Part shown: positions 1 to 9,520 of the stretch, piece after piece
How the letters are laid out: the number at the start of each line of letters is the position of its first letter
How positions within the stretch are numbered: position 1 is the first letter of the stretch
Origin: Candidatus Aenigmatarchaeota archaeon
GTDB taxonomy: Archaea > Aenigmatarchaeota > Aenigmatarchaeia > CG10238-14 > SCSR01
NCBI GenBank assembly: GCA_018304615.1
Contig: JAGVVV010000006.1
Location: 1-58,926, forward strand
DNA length: 58,926 nt
Direction: 5' to 3'
Position numbers and translations under genes: made by a program
Notes under the pieces: model-generated
Database searches by the model: none
What the model was told of the DNA's origin: nothing
The model's input: only the letters and a program-made list of their open reading frames with translations

Positions 1-185
1 TAAGAAAATTTCTGAAAAATTGGATAAAAAAAATGGAATAATATACTATAAATCTATTCTATAGTTTTGATATTTTACTTCCATCTGTCTTGCGTCTTAA
101 ACTTCTTTTTTGTAGATCTTCTGTTTCTGATTCTTTGTTTTGCAGTTTTCATTAACTCTAAATTGGTTTTTTGTTAATAACCTTA

Positions 186-196
186 TGCGGGAGGTG
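186..196 (-). repeat. Copy of the tRNA-Leu(GAG) 3'-terminal 11-mer (CACCTCCCGCA), followed by an imperfect hairpin
   Basis: tgcgggaggtg is identical to 21865-21875; ctctc..gagag stem at ~199-225. Confidence 0.7.
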
Positions 197-277
197 TGCT
201 CTCTGGCTGGACTACAGACCGAGAGTATTAAAGTATGTGTTAAAACAAATATCAAAAATAGAAAATAGGATGGAATA

Positions 278-610
278 ATGAAAACAAAAAGAGAAACTGC
301 AAATGTTCCTCAAGCTACTGTAAGAAAGAAGTTTCTAGGTCTAATCCTTAGTCTAGTTTCATTTGGGATAGCGCTGAAGACAATGGATGAAGTGTTCGAG
401 AGAGCCATCGACAAGTGGATCAACTGCTATCAATGGCCTGTGGTATTCAATGCATCATACCAATCGTGGTACACCGTTCAAGGCTGTATGAATCTGTGGG
501 GGGCTGAGATAATATCTTTCATATGGATTGGATTGAGTACAGTTGCCGCCGTAACATTTGCCTATCTTCTAGGAAGAGAAGACAGTGATTCCGTTGCTCG
601 AAAAAATTAA
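278..610 (+). CDS. Hypothetical membrane protein (2 TM)
   Basis: 110-aa ORF with two hydrophobic segments; no family recognised. Confidence 0.6.
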   Translation: MKTKRETANVPQATVRKKFLGLILSLVSFGIALKTMDEVFERAIDKWINCYQWPVVFNASYQSWYTVQGCMNLWGAEIISFIWIGLSTVAAVTFAYLLGREDSDSVARKN

Positions 611-657
611 CAGACCGTTTTCTGACTTATTTTTTGAGCCTCGAGCGGGAATAGAAA

Positions 658-764
658 AGCCCCAGAGGGGAATTGCACCCCTGACCTTGTCTATAAGACT
701 TAGTCTGCTTACCATGCTTACGCCGACAATGTCGTACACGCTCTACTAACTGAGCTACTGAGGC
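658..764 (-). tRNA. tRNA-Thr(GGU) with two non-canonical BHB introns (29/30: 718-735; 40/41: 691-706)
   Basis: Acceptor GCCUCAG/CUGGGGC, U73. Removing the 18-nt and 16-nt introns gives a 73-nt cloverleaf with anticodon arm UGUGC-AU-GGU-AA-GCACA; each junction has a 4-bp helix and 3-nt bulges. Confidence 0.88.
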
Positions 765-830
765 ATAAAAATTAGATAGAAATTCCAATAATTTAAACTA
801 AAGGAAATTAAATTCCAGCTCTAGTTTTCC

Positions 831-1304
831 TCATTTCATCTTCCAGTTCATCAGAAGCATTGGTATTCCGAGTAAGATTGCTGCGGCAAGGAAGTAATTG
901 TCAGGGAACCAGCTTGTGACCAAAAGGCCAAAGGCTATGTTCGTCAAGCCAAATGCAGTCGCTTGTGACATCTTCATCTCATGCCCTGTTGCGAATCTGG
1001 CAGCACCGAAAGTTAGGAAATAAACTGCTAGTATCGCAGACATCGGAGCCTGAACATAACCTGTCAATATGGCGACAGAAAGAACTACGAACACTCCTGT
1101 TGCAGCTCTCCAAGCCATCATAACAGAGTCAGGCATCTTCTTGCCCCATGATTTCCCAATACTCCATGTGGATATCAAGATCACTACAATCCAGATAGCC
1201 CATGCGAAAGTTTCAGAGAATCCTTGTTGAACGAAGAAGTTAGTTGCAGCGAATCCAACAAGGTACACTAGAGCCCAAAGCATCCTAGTTTGTTCACCTG
1301 TCAT
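831..1304 (-). CDS. Hypothetical polytopic membrane protein
   Basis: 157 aa, about six hydrophobic helices. Confidence 0.75.
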   Translation of the reverse strand: MTGEQTRMLWALVYLVGFAATNFFVQQGFSETFAWAIWIVVILISTWSIGKSWGKKMPDSVMMAWRAATGVFVVLSVAILTGYVQAPMSAILAVYFLTFGAARFATGHEMKMSQATAFGLTNIAFGLLVTSWFPDNYFLAAAILLGIPMLLMNWKMK

Positions 1305-1366
1305 TAAAACTGATTTGATTTGACCCCTTAAAAAGATTTTCGGCGCTTCTAAACGATGGAAAATAT

Positions 1367-2038
1367 TTATTCGATAACAGTACCGTGATGTTTACCTTTA
1401 ACAGCAGAAAGAATCTCACTGGGTTTCTTTCCGTCCAATATGATTGTCCTTATCTTCCATCTTTTAAGCGACTGGGCAGCCCTCAGGTCAAAAAGCTTGT
1501 ATTTCCCAGGCGTCTGCTCATTTTTCGACATTATCTTCAGGAATTGGTTGTAAGTCAGTCTGGAAAATTTCTTCGCGTTTCTGTTTTTCTTAGGATCCGC
1601 AGAGTAAACTCCGTCAACATTCGTCGCTTTAATGATAAGGTCGGCTCCGACTACGTGAGCATACAAGGCCAAGTCATAATCAGTGGAATGTCCAGGTTCG
1701 AAAGCACCGCAGACAAGAATCTTCCTTCCGAATTCACGCTTTATCCGGCGGAGATTTGTCAGAACTACGGGAAAAGCTTTTTTTCCAAGTGCGGCAACCA
1801 ATGTCATGGCGGTGAGCTTAGTCGCAGCTATCCCAACCCAGTCTGTAGAAACACCGTCAGCACCTAATGATCTGGCAATATTCTGATAGATTCTAGAAGT
1901 AGACCCTCCGCCTGTTACCACAAGCAACTTATGGCCGTCTCTCTTCAGTTTTCTCAGAACATCCACATATTTTTTGAAATTCCGTGTGTCAAGCTTCCTA
2001 GTGAGAAGAGAACCGCCAATGCGGATTGCGACTTTCAT
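1367..2038 (-). CDS. pyrH: Uridylate kinase, archaeal type
   Basis: IGGS, VVTGGG, PGHSTD, TNVDGVYSADP motifs. Confidence 0.93.
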   Translation of the reverse strand: MKVAIRIGGSLLTRKLDTRNFKKYVDVLRKLKRDGHKLLVVTGGGSTSRIYQNIARSLGADGVSTDWVGIAATKLTAMTLVAALGKKAFPVVLTNLRRIKREFGRKILVCGAFEPGHSTDYDLALYAHVVGADLIIKATNVDGVYSADPKKNRNAKKFSRLTYNQFLKIMSKNEQTPGKYKLFDLRAAQSLKRWKIRTIILDGKKPSEILSAVKGKHHGTVIE

Positions 2039-2104
2039 AAAAATAATTTGTTTCAGTCCCTATTGAAGTTAATTTATTTATCGTCAAGTAAATAAATTGA
2101 TTAA

Positions 2105-3076
2105 ATGTTCGAATCTGATGCTCCTGAGTTCAAAGGAACCACTGATTGGATAAACTCGAAACCTCTAACGATGAAAAGTCTGAGAGGAAAAGTTGTATTT
2201 CTAGATTTCTGGACATACTCCTGCGTGAATTGCATAAGAACTATTCCTCATCTGAAAGAGCTTCATGATAAATATTCATCGAATAATTTGGTGATAATTG
2301 GAGTTCACACGCCTGAATTCGAATTTGAAAAGGAGACGAAAAACATAAAGGAAGCAGTGAAAAAGCACGGATTGAAATATCCGGTTGTCAATGATCCTGA
2401 GAATATCACTTGGAGGGAGTATGGAAATCAATACTGGCCAAGACAGACTTTGATAGATTCGAAAGGAATGATCAGGCTTGAGCATGTGGGTGAAGGAGGT
2501 TTTGATGAATTGGCAGGCAAAGTGATAGAACTGCTCGAAGAAAGTGGCAGTAAAATTAATGTTATTACAAAGGTAATGATAAAGAAGGAGAACATGACGA
2601 GCAGGATGATGACCGCAGTTTCACCGACGCCAGAGACTTATCTGGGCGAAGAAAGAAGTCCTGGCTTCGGAAACGGAGCTGTTTGCGTTCCAGAAGGTTG
2701 CGACAGGTATGTGGACATTCCAACCCATGAGAAAGACAAGGTCTATCTGAGCGGAGATTGGATCCAGGAAAAAGAGTTCATCAAGCATGTAGGAAAGGAA
2801 GGCTATGTTGCCTTGAAGTATTCTGCCCGTTCTGTAAACATAGTCCTGAAACCATTGGGAACAAAGCCATTCAAAGTGTGGATTCAGTTGGATGGAAAGT
2901 TTCTGACAAAAGATAATGCTGGAAAAGATCTCAAGTTTGAAAAGGATAAGAGCTACATACTCGTAGACAGGCCGGACATGTACAATATAGTTAATACTCA
3001 GAATTTCGAAACTCACGAAGTGAAAATAGTTACTGATTCGAAGGACTTTTCAATGTACACCTTCACGTTCGGATAA
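2105..3076 (+). CDS. DipZ-like thioredoxin (redoxin domain plus DipZ C-terminal domain, no CcdA part)
   Basis: DFWTYSCVNC, GVHTPEFEFEK, NQYWP, TPETYLG, terminal YTFTFG. Confidence 0.9.
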   Translation: MFESDAPEFKGTTDWINSKPLTMKSLRGKVVFLDFWTYSCVNCIRTIPHLKELHDKYSSNNLVIIGVHTPEFEFEKETKNIKEAVKKHGLKYPVVNDPENITWREYGNQYWPRQTLIDSKGMIRLEHVGEGGFDELAGKVIELLEESGSKINVITKVMIKKENMTSRMMTAVSPTPETYLGEERSPGFGNGAVCVPEGCDRYVDIPTHEKDKVYLSGDWIQEKEFIKHVGKEGYVALKYSARSVNIVLKPLGTKPFKVWIQLDGKFLTKDNAGKDLKFEKDKSYILVDRPDMYNIVNTQNFETHEVKIVTDSKDFSMYTFTFG

Positions 3077-3155
3077 ATTTTTTTAATTAAAATAATGAAT
3101 CATGAGAAAATATATTAAGGACAAAGTGGATATAATATTTTACGCGGGTGGAAAT

Positions 3156-3392
3156 TTGAAGCATAAGATTATCGTTTATGGTGCTCCTTGGTGCCCTTGG
3201 TGCCACAGGGCGAAGGATTTTCTGAATGAGAGCAAGATAGAATTCGAGGACAGGGATGTCGACAAAAGGCCTGAATACGCTCAGGAAGTGATCAACAAAT
3301 CGGGACAGATGGGCATTCCTGTTATAGACATTGACGGCAACATTATAATTGGATTCAATAAGGACGCAATAAAGAAAGCCCTAGGACTCTAA
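3156..3392 (+). CDS. Glutaredoxin/NrdH-like redoxin
   Basis: WCPWC and SGQMGIPVI; TTG start at 3156 preferred over 3102. Confidence 0.9.
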   Translation: MKHKIIVYGAPWCPWCHRAKDFLNESKIEFEDRDVDKRPEYAQEVINKSGQMGIPVIDIDGNIIIGFNKDAIKKALGL

Positions 3393-3430
3393 CTTCAGGC
3401 AAAGCTCACTCAACAGTAAAATATATAAAG

Positions 3431-3442
3431 TAGGACGTCCTA
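3431..3442. promoter_or_regulatory. Perfect palindrome TAGGACGTCCTA, putative operator
   Basis: Resembles sites at 10891, 27661 and 27711. Confidence 0.45.
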
Positions 3443-3504
3443 TATATAGAGTGCCTGTTTCTCTAACTTTCATAGTTAGCCGATCCTATAGATAGGTGAC
3501 AAAA

Positions 3505-3654
3505 GTGAGAGGTAGAAAGAAATCAATGGAAACCCTGAGAAGGGGAACTAAAAAGGTAAAGACTAGGCAGAATATCTCAAACAATCTGAGAATGAATTTG
3601 ATGAAATATTACAAGTTCGACACGCTTCCTGAAAAGGTTACAGAAAAGAAGTGA
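3505..3654 (+). CDS. Small basic protein (49 aa; not in ORF track)
   Basis: AGGTGA SD then GTG; MRGRKKSMETLRRGTKKVKTRQ...; stop lies just before the next gene. Confidence 0.55.
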   Translation: MRGRKKSMETLRRGTKKVKTRQNISNNLRMNLMKYYKFDTLPEKVTEKK

Positions 3655-3661
3655 AAGCTGA

Positions 3662-4162
3662 ATGAGGTTTTTCGAAAAGAAACTGAAAGAAGCAAGAACG
3701 ATGCCTGAGATATTCGAGGTAGTCAAGCTTGCAGTAGTCGAATCCCTGGGGATGGAGAGGGGAGGGTTGATGCTAGGACTGGCAGAACTCGGGGCTGGAA
3801 GAGACTTTCTGCTAGGAGCTTTCTATCCTGTCGGATCAAACATCATTGTCATGAACAAAACTCCTCTGAAGAGAATCACAGAAACTAATCCAAAATTATT
3901 CAAACCATATGTCTTTCATATCCTTCTCCATGAATACCTGCACACACTTGGATTCATTGACGAACAGGAATGCCAAGCTTATGCTTTCTTTATTTCAAAA
4001 GAACTATTCGGAGAAGATCACATCACCACAAGAATAGCTTACAACATGAAAGAATTCTTGCCAGAATTGTCTTATCCTGTTTATGGATGGTATCCGCCAA
4101 ACAGATTCAGCGTGGAGATAGTCGACGGCTTCGACCATTCGAACGTCAGTTACATCATGTAG
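3662..4162 (+). CDS. Zincin-like hypothetical protein
   Basis: HILLHEYLHTLG (HExxH). Confidence 0.75.
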   Translation: MRFFEKKLKEARTMPEIFEVVKLAVVESLGMERGGLMLGLAELGAGRDFLLGAFYPVGSNIIVMNKTPLKRITETNPKLFKPYVFHILLHEYLHTLGFIDEQECQAYAFFISKELFGEDHITTRIAYNMKEFLPELSYPVYGWYPPNRFSVEIVDGFDHSNVSYIM

Positions 4163-4982
4163 TTAGAAAATTTTCGTCAGAACTTCTTCCAATGGGGTGA
4201 GCTTTAAATTAAATTCCTTCTCGAGAATTTTCTCAGCGCCTTTCGATACTTCATTTGATACTCTGACAACAAACTCCTCAGCAGAAGTCATTTTCTCATT
4301 CCTCAGTGCTTCCTGGATTCCCTTCTCCAACTCTACAAACTTTTTCTTCGGCATCTTCCTAATCAGTTTCTTCTTAATCATTACCTTTGACACCATGTCC
4401 GCATACTGGTTGAATGAAAGCACTTTCGGACCGACCAAATCAAAAATCTCTTTTGTTTTCGTCCTGTCAACTACGGTCTTGAAGAATATTTTAGCGACAT
4501 CACCAATAAAAATAGGCTGCATAACATATTCTCCAGAGCCATAAACTGTCAGCAAACCTCTCTTGATATCTCCTATCAGTTTCGGAGTGAATTCATCGTT
4601 CTTTCCAATGATGTAAGAAGGCCTGAAGATTGTATAGTTCAAACCAGAGTTAATGATTTCTCGTTCGCCCAACCATTTGGAATAGAAATATGCTTCAAAA
4701 TTATTTTCCCTCACACCGAGTCCGCTGTTTGTGACTATTTTCTTTACTCCTGAATCTTTGCATGCGTCGACGATCTCCTTGACAAGGTGCCACGGCAAAG
4801 GCTTCACTGAAAGTTTGCCTGTCCATGTCTTCTAAAATCCTTATCTCAGAACCCAGATTTTTTATCAGATTTGCTGATTTCTCTGATCTGACGACAGCTA
4901 GAGTCCTAATCCGACCTTGAATCAAAGTAGGGATTATGCTCCTTCCTATGAACCCACTTGCACCGAGAATCGCTACTCTCAT
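4163..4982 (-). pseudogene. NAD(P)-dependent epimerase/SDR-family gene, frameshifted near 4790
   Basis: GASGFIG Rossmann motif in ORF 4701-4982; YFYSK and IFRPS in ORF 4163-4807, a different frame. Confidence 0.75.
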
Positions 4983-5039
4983 AAAATTAGTTTGGTTTCA
5001 AAGGAAAATATATTAGCACTTTTAACCAATTCTCTTTAG

Positions 5040-5156
5040 TTGGTAAAAAAGCCGAAGACCCAAGAAGAATACTATTGTCATGCCTGCAATAGGACATATC
5101 CGGATTCAGGAATCTGTTCTGTCTGTGATGTTGCTCTAAAGAAGAAAGGCGGTTAA
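5040..5156 (+). CDS. Small zinc-ribbon protein (38 aa; not in ORF track)
   Basis: TTG start; MVKKPKTQEEYYCHACNRTYPDSGICSVCDVALKKKGG has two CxxC. Confidence 0.7.
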   Translation: MVKKPKTQEEYYCHACNRTYPDSGICSVCDVALKKKGG

Positions 5157-5161
5157 CTGAT

Positions 5162-5842
5162 TCAAATTGGAACTCCAAAAGTATTTCTATAAATCAACCA
5201 CAATCCAACTCCAATTAGAATTAAGGCATTTATTTTTGACATATGCGGAAGAAGTCTGGTCAAATGTTTCATTGTATATTCCTTTGAAGTTGCAAGAATG
5301 ACAGTAACTCCGATCATCATGATTCCCATACCCAATGCATATGAAAGAATAACAATTGATGCTGATAATAATCCGGAGGCTGCTATTGCAGCTACTACTA
5401 CAGATAAAAATATTGGAAGAGTACATCCGAATGAAGCTAGAGAATACATAATCCCATATTCATAAAATGAAAGTTTGCTTTGAAGTTTGAAGCCTTTTCT
5501 GACTGAAAAATGAATTCCAAAATTCCTATTGAAAAGTACAGCAATACCTACCACAATTAACAGTCCCCCTAAAATGGTTATCAAAGACGGAATATACCCA
5601 AGTAATTCTCTACCAAAAAAGGTGATTATCAAACCCAAAAGAACGTTCACTGAAATGAATCCTAACATAGCAAGAAAACCTGAACTCGCTCCTTCATACA
5701 AACCACTGACCAATCCTCTCTTTTTTTCTTTTTTTGTGAAATAGTAGGAAAGATAGGAAGTTAGGACTGCATAACCGCATGGATTTAGAAAAGAAACTGA
5801 TCCAGCCGCAAAAGCAAATCCGAGAAGTACTGGGTCGACCAT
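5162..5842 (-). CDS. ccdA: CcdA/DsbD-family transmembrane electron transporter
   Basis: SFLNPCG and SFGCTLP redox cysteines, about six TM. Confidence 0.88.
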   Translation of the reverse strand: MVDPVLLGFAFAAGSVSFLNPCGYAVLTSYLSYYFTKKEKKRGLVSGLYEGASSGFLAMLGFISVNVLLGLIITFFGRELLGYIPSLITILGGLLIVVGIAVLFNRNFGIHFSVRKGFKLQSKLSFYEYGIMYSLASFGCTLPIFLSVVVAAIAASGLLSASIVILSYALGMGIMMIGVTVILATSKEYTMKHLTRLLPHMSKINALILIGVGLWLIYRNTFGVPI

Positions 5843-6430
5843 TCACACTTCACCTAGAGCTGTCTTGAATGCCGTTTGCCACTTGTCAGCAGATATTACT
5901 CCCACGCCTTTGGTTACAATGATACCGTTCTGATCAATTATGTATTTTGTTGTTGTAGCTCTCACATTGTAGTCCCTAAGAACATCTATGTTTCCGTTTG
6001 TGAATGTCCAATCGTGAGCATGCTGATCTTTATAATTCTGAATCTGTTGCAAAGTTTCTCCGGTATCCAAATCAACAGCTATAAGTTCCACTCGCCCTTT
6101 GTATTGAGGATAAATCGAATCCAAAGTCTCGAATTCGTCCCTACAGAAAGGGCACCAAGTAGCCCAGAAATAAACAATAACAGGTTTTTTCTGATTTGTA
6201 AAATCACTCAGTCTCAACGTCTTACCATCACTTGTAGTAACAGTGAAATCAGGAGCCTTATCCCCTATATTCAAACCCACGCTAGAACCAGTTCCTGAAA
6301 CTTGAGAATAACCTCCCAAAACCTGATGAGAACTAAAATAACCAGTAAAATTAAGAATAGTAAAAACGGCGAAACCAGCAGCTGCTACAAGAACTAAAAC
6401 AGAAAGCAGGATGCTGAGTTTCATTTTCAT
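5843..6430 (-). CDS. Membrane-anchored TlpA/ResA-like thiol-disulfide oxidoreductase
   Basis: N-terminal TM, GDKAPDF, FWATWCPFC; ATG at 6430 preferred. Confidence 0.88.
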   Translation of the reverse strand: MKMKLSILLSVLVLVAAAGFAVFTILNFTGYFSSHQVLGGYSQVSGTGSSVGLNIGDKAPDFTVTTSDGKTLRLSDFTNQKKPVIVYFWATWCPFCRDEFETLDSIYPQYKGRVELIAVDLDTGETLQQIQNYKDQHAHDWTFTNGNIDVLRDYNVRATTTKYIIDQNGIIVTKGVGVISADKWQTAFKTALGEV

Positions 6431-6538
6431 ATTAACCTTTACAAATAATGTAAAACTGGAAGCATTTAAGTCTTTTCCCACCAGGCAAAATTTAAGAGCC
6501 AATTGATGTCATTATTCTACATAGACAATAGTGATAAG

Positions 6539-7651
6539 ATGGAACTTGAAAACTTTTCTGATGAATTTGGTCCTGAGATGATTGTCGAAGTGTATGACAC
6601 CAAGACTAATATGAAAGGCGTTCTTGTCATTCACAATACTGCGCTCGGGCCAGGGAAGGGCGGAATCAGAATGACTCCTACCGTAAACGTGGAAGAAGTT
6701 TTCAGACTGGCTAGTACAATGACATGGAAGACTGCCCTAGCAGAACTGCCTTTTGGTGGAGCAAAATCAGGAATTATTGCAAATCCGAAAGAAATAACAA
6801 AGGAGCAGAAATTTGAACTGATAAAATCATTTGCCCGTGCGCTAAGATATCTTTCGCCGAGCAAGTATGTTGCAGCTCCAGACGTTAACACTGCCGAAGA
6901 AGAGATGGCCGTTTACGCAAAAGAAAATGGTTCGATGAAATCGGTCACAGGAAAACCAACGGACCTCGGTGGAATCCCGCATGAGTTAGGTTCAACTGGA
7001 TTTGGTGTCTATCATTCAACAAAAGTTGCAGTCGAACATATGGGAATGAGCCTGAAAGGAATCAAGTTTGCAATTGAGGGGTTCGGTAATGTTGGAGTCT
7101 TCGCCTCGAAATTCTTAACCGAAGGAGGAGCAAAATTAGTTGCAGTTTCTGATTCTAAAGGAGCGATTTACAATGATCAGGGAATTGACTTTGAAAACTT
7201 GAAAGAAGTGAAAGAAAAGACCGGCTCAGTCACTAATTACAGGCTTGGTGAAGTTTTGGATGGGAAGAAATTGTTTGAACTGCCTGTGGAAGTCCTGATT
7301 CCTGCAGCTCTTCCAGATGTGATAAACAAGTCGAATGTCAACAATGTAAAGGCAAAGATAGTAGTTGAAGCAGCGAACATACCAATGAAAGAGGACATTG
7401 AAGATACTTTGCACTGGAGGAAGATTCTAGTTGTCCCTGATTTTGTTGCAAATGCGGGTGGAGTAATCTCTTCGTATATTGAATTTGTTGACGGAACACC
7501 TCAGGACATGTTCAGGACTGTTGAAGAAAAAATAAAAAGGAACACGAAGCTTGTTTTGGAAAGAGCCGACAAAGATAAAGTCAAACCTAGGGATGCTGCA
7601 CTCAAGATTGCCAAAGACAGAGTGCTAGAAGCGATGAAGAGGAGAAAATGA
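6539..7651 (+). CDS. gdhA: Glu/Leu/Phe/Val dehydrogenase (likely glutamate dehydrogenase)
   Basis: GPGKGGIR, GGAKSG, APDVNT, EGFGNVG, PDFVANAGGV. Confidence 0.9.
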   Translation: MELENFSDEFGPEMIVEVYDTKTNMKGVLVIHNTALGPGKGGIRMTPTVNVEEVFRLASTMTWKTALAELPFGGAKSGIIANPKEITKEQKFELIKSFARALRYLSPSKYVAAPDVNTAEEEMAVYAKENGSMKSVTGKPTDLGGIPHELGSTGFGVYHSTKVAVEHMGMSLKGIKFAIEGFGNVGVFASKFLTEGGAKLVAVSDSKGAIYNDQGIDFENLKEVKEKTGSVTNYRLGEVLDGKKLFELPVEVLIPAALPDVINKSNVNNVKAKIVVEAANIPMKEDIEDTLHWRKILVVPDFVANAGGVISSYIEFVDGTPQDMFRTVEEKIKRNTKLVLERADKDKVKPRDAALKIAKDRVLEAMKRRK

Positions 7652-8322
7652 GAGTTGCAGTTGTAGGCAAGCATAGGAGATACATAGAAGAGGAACTGCC
7701 AGAGTACGGGCTAAAACTTTCAAAGAAAAATCCTGATGTTGTCATATCATACGGAGGTGACGGGACGATTCTCAAATCTGAAAGAATGTATCCTGGAATT
7801 CCAAAAGTATTCATCCGGCATAGCTACCTCTGCGTCAAATGCCATGGTGACGAATACAGAAAGTATTTGAAGTATCTGAGCAAGAAAAAGTTCAAGACCG
7901 TGAAAGGGATCAAAGTAGAAGGTTCAGTGAAAGGGAAGAAATTAGGTGGGATGAACGAGATAAACATAGTCTCAGAAAAACCCATATTCGCAGTAAGATT
8001 TGACCTAATTGTTAACGGAAGATTAATCGCAAGAAATGTAATCGGAGACGGAGTAGTAGTCGCGACACCATTTGGCAGCCACGCGTACTTCTATTCGATT
8101 ACAAGGAAGACATTCAAGAAAGGTCTTGGAATAGCATTCAACAATCCAAGGAAAAAAATGAAAAATCTTATAGTGAAAGACAATTCTATAATCAAAGTAA
8201 AGATTTTGAGAGACGCTGGATGGATGATTGCAGACAACAATCCCAAGTTTGTTCACCTTAATGAAGGAGATGTCATCACAATAAATAAATCAAAGGGAAC
8301 TGCAAATATAATAAAATTTTAA
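7648..8322 (+). CDS. nadK: NAD kinase
   Basis: GGDGT, NE, GDGVVVATPFGSHAY. Confidence 0.88.
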   Translation: MRVAVVGKHRRYIEEELPEYGLKLSKKNPDVVISYGGDGTILKSERMYPGIPKVFIRHSYLCVKCHGDEYRKYLKYLSKKKFKTVKGIKVEGSVKGKKLGGMNEINIVSEKPIFAVRFDLIVNGRLIARNVIGDGVVVATPFGSHAYFYSITRKTFKKGLGIAFNNPRKKMKNLIVKDNSIIKVKILRDAGWMIADNNPKFVHLNEGDVITINKSKGTANIIKF

Positions 8323-8778
8323 TTACCGATTACGCATTTTTGTTTTATAGACTTGTATGGTGATTACGATAACTAAAAAAAGTAAATTGGTCAAAATAAT
8401 GTCCTGAAGAGTCAGAAATAGAGGATTTCCAAGGAGGCCATTGAATTCGTATTTAGTTTTCATTAGATAGTCAAGTGATATGAAATTCAATCTTACCGCA
8501 TCGAGACGATGAACGAATACGGCCAAATTATAAACAAGTAAACTGAGTAACACAACTTGAACGAGTTTTAATTTATCCTTGAGAAGTGATTTCCCATAGA
8601 TCAAAAATATTCCAATCAAAAAATAAATTGAAAATAAGGATCCCCAGAAAGATTGGTATTCGATTGGGAAAATGTTCTTTCTTACTATGTCTATTCCAAA
8701 TAGTCCGTCAAAAATTCCAATAGTGAACGAAAGCCAAATAAGTAAGAGAGTTTCCTTTTTTATTTTAAAAAATTTCAA
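8323..8778 (-). CDS. Hypothetical membrane protein
   Basis: Four hydrophobic segments; GGTGA SD before TTG. Confidence 0.65.
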   Translation of the reverse strand: MKFFKIKKETLLLIWLSFTIGIFDGLFGIDIVRKNIFPIEYQSFWGSLFSIYFLIGIFLIYGKSLLKDKLKLVQVVLLSLLVYNLAVFVHRLDAVRLNFISLDYLMKTKYEFNGLLGNPLFLTLQDIILTNLLFLVIVITIQVYKTKMRNR

Positions 8779-8855
8779 TTATCTCACCAATTATATTTAT
8801 AATCCAAAATGAATCTGATTTTTAAGCAGTTAAATTCAAATAAGAAATAGAGAGC

Positions 8856-9470
8856 GTGCCCAAAAAACCACAAAAGCATCATTACATAACAAGCGAAAGG
8901 GCCAACAAAATTTCATTCTTATCTGCAGTCATCGTCTTCTTTTCAATCATGTTTTATTTCGTAGTCCTTAGAGGCCAGCCTTTTGATCTGGCTTTTGCTA
9001 ATCGGGCGTTTGCAATCGGAGCAGTGTTCCTTATCGGAGCATCGTATTTTCTCGGTCCTTTGGCAAGATTTGCTTGGAACACCTTTTCACCTAAACTAGA
9101 ATATAGAAAACCCCTTGGGCTCTACGGATTCTATTTTGCGATAATCCACATTCTTCTATCTTTGCTGATTGTCCCAGGAGAAACTCTTGGGAGCAATGGG
9201 CTGTCTCTTTTCTTCGGCATGATAGCGATATTGATATTCACTTTGGTAGCATCTACATCGATGACGAAGTCGATCGAAGCTCATGGATTTGACAGATGGC
9301 AGAAAATCCAGAGAACCGGCTACCTGGCATTCCTGCTCGTGATCTTGCATTTCGTGGTTCTTGGGAATGGCAGCTTCATCAACAGGCAATTGGGACAACT
9401 CACGCTCGCATTTGCCGCACTAGTTCTCCTAGCAAGACTTCTCGTTTTGGCGTTCAAGAAAAGCAGGTAA
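8856..9470 (+). CDS. Ferric-reductase-like transmembrane protein (MsrQ/YedZ-like)
   Basis: RKPLGLYGFYFAIIH, ASTS, WQKIQRTGY...LH. Confidence 0.8.
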   Translation: MPKKPQKHHYITSERANKISFLSAVIVFFSIMFYFVVLRGQPFDLAFANRAFAIGAVFLIGASYFLGPLARFAWNTFSPKLEYRKPLGLYGFYFAIIHILLSLLIVPGETLGSNGLSLFFGMIAILIFTLVASTSMTKSIEAHGFDRWQKIQRTGYLAFLLVILHFVVLGNGSFINRQLGQLTLAFAALVLLARLLVLAFKKSR

Positions 9471-9520
9471 ACACTTTTATATCAGCAATCCAAAGTAATT
9501 TCTGTAAGGAGGTTGTTGAC

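Noticed and set aside
4987-5178. Minus-strand ORF or PEF-CTERM-like anchor remnant
   Set aside because: Better explained as the shadow of the plus-strand zinc-ribbon ORF at 5040-5156.
9296-9520. N-terminal 75 aa of ORF 9296-9676
   Set aside because: Overlaps the MsrQ-like gene; the SD points to a start at 9521.
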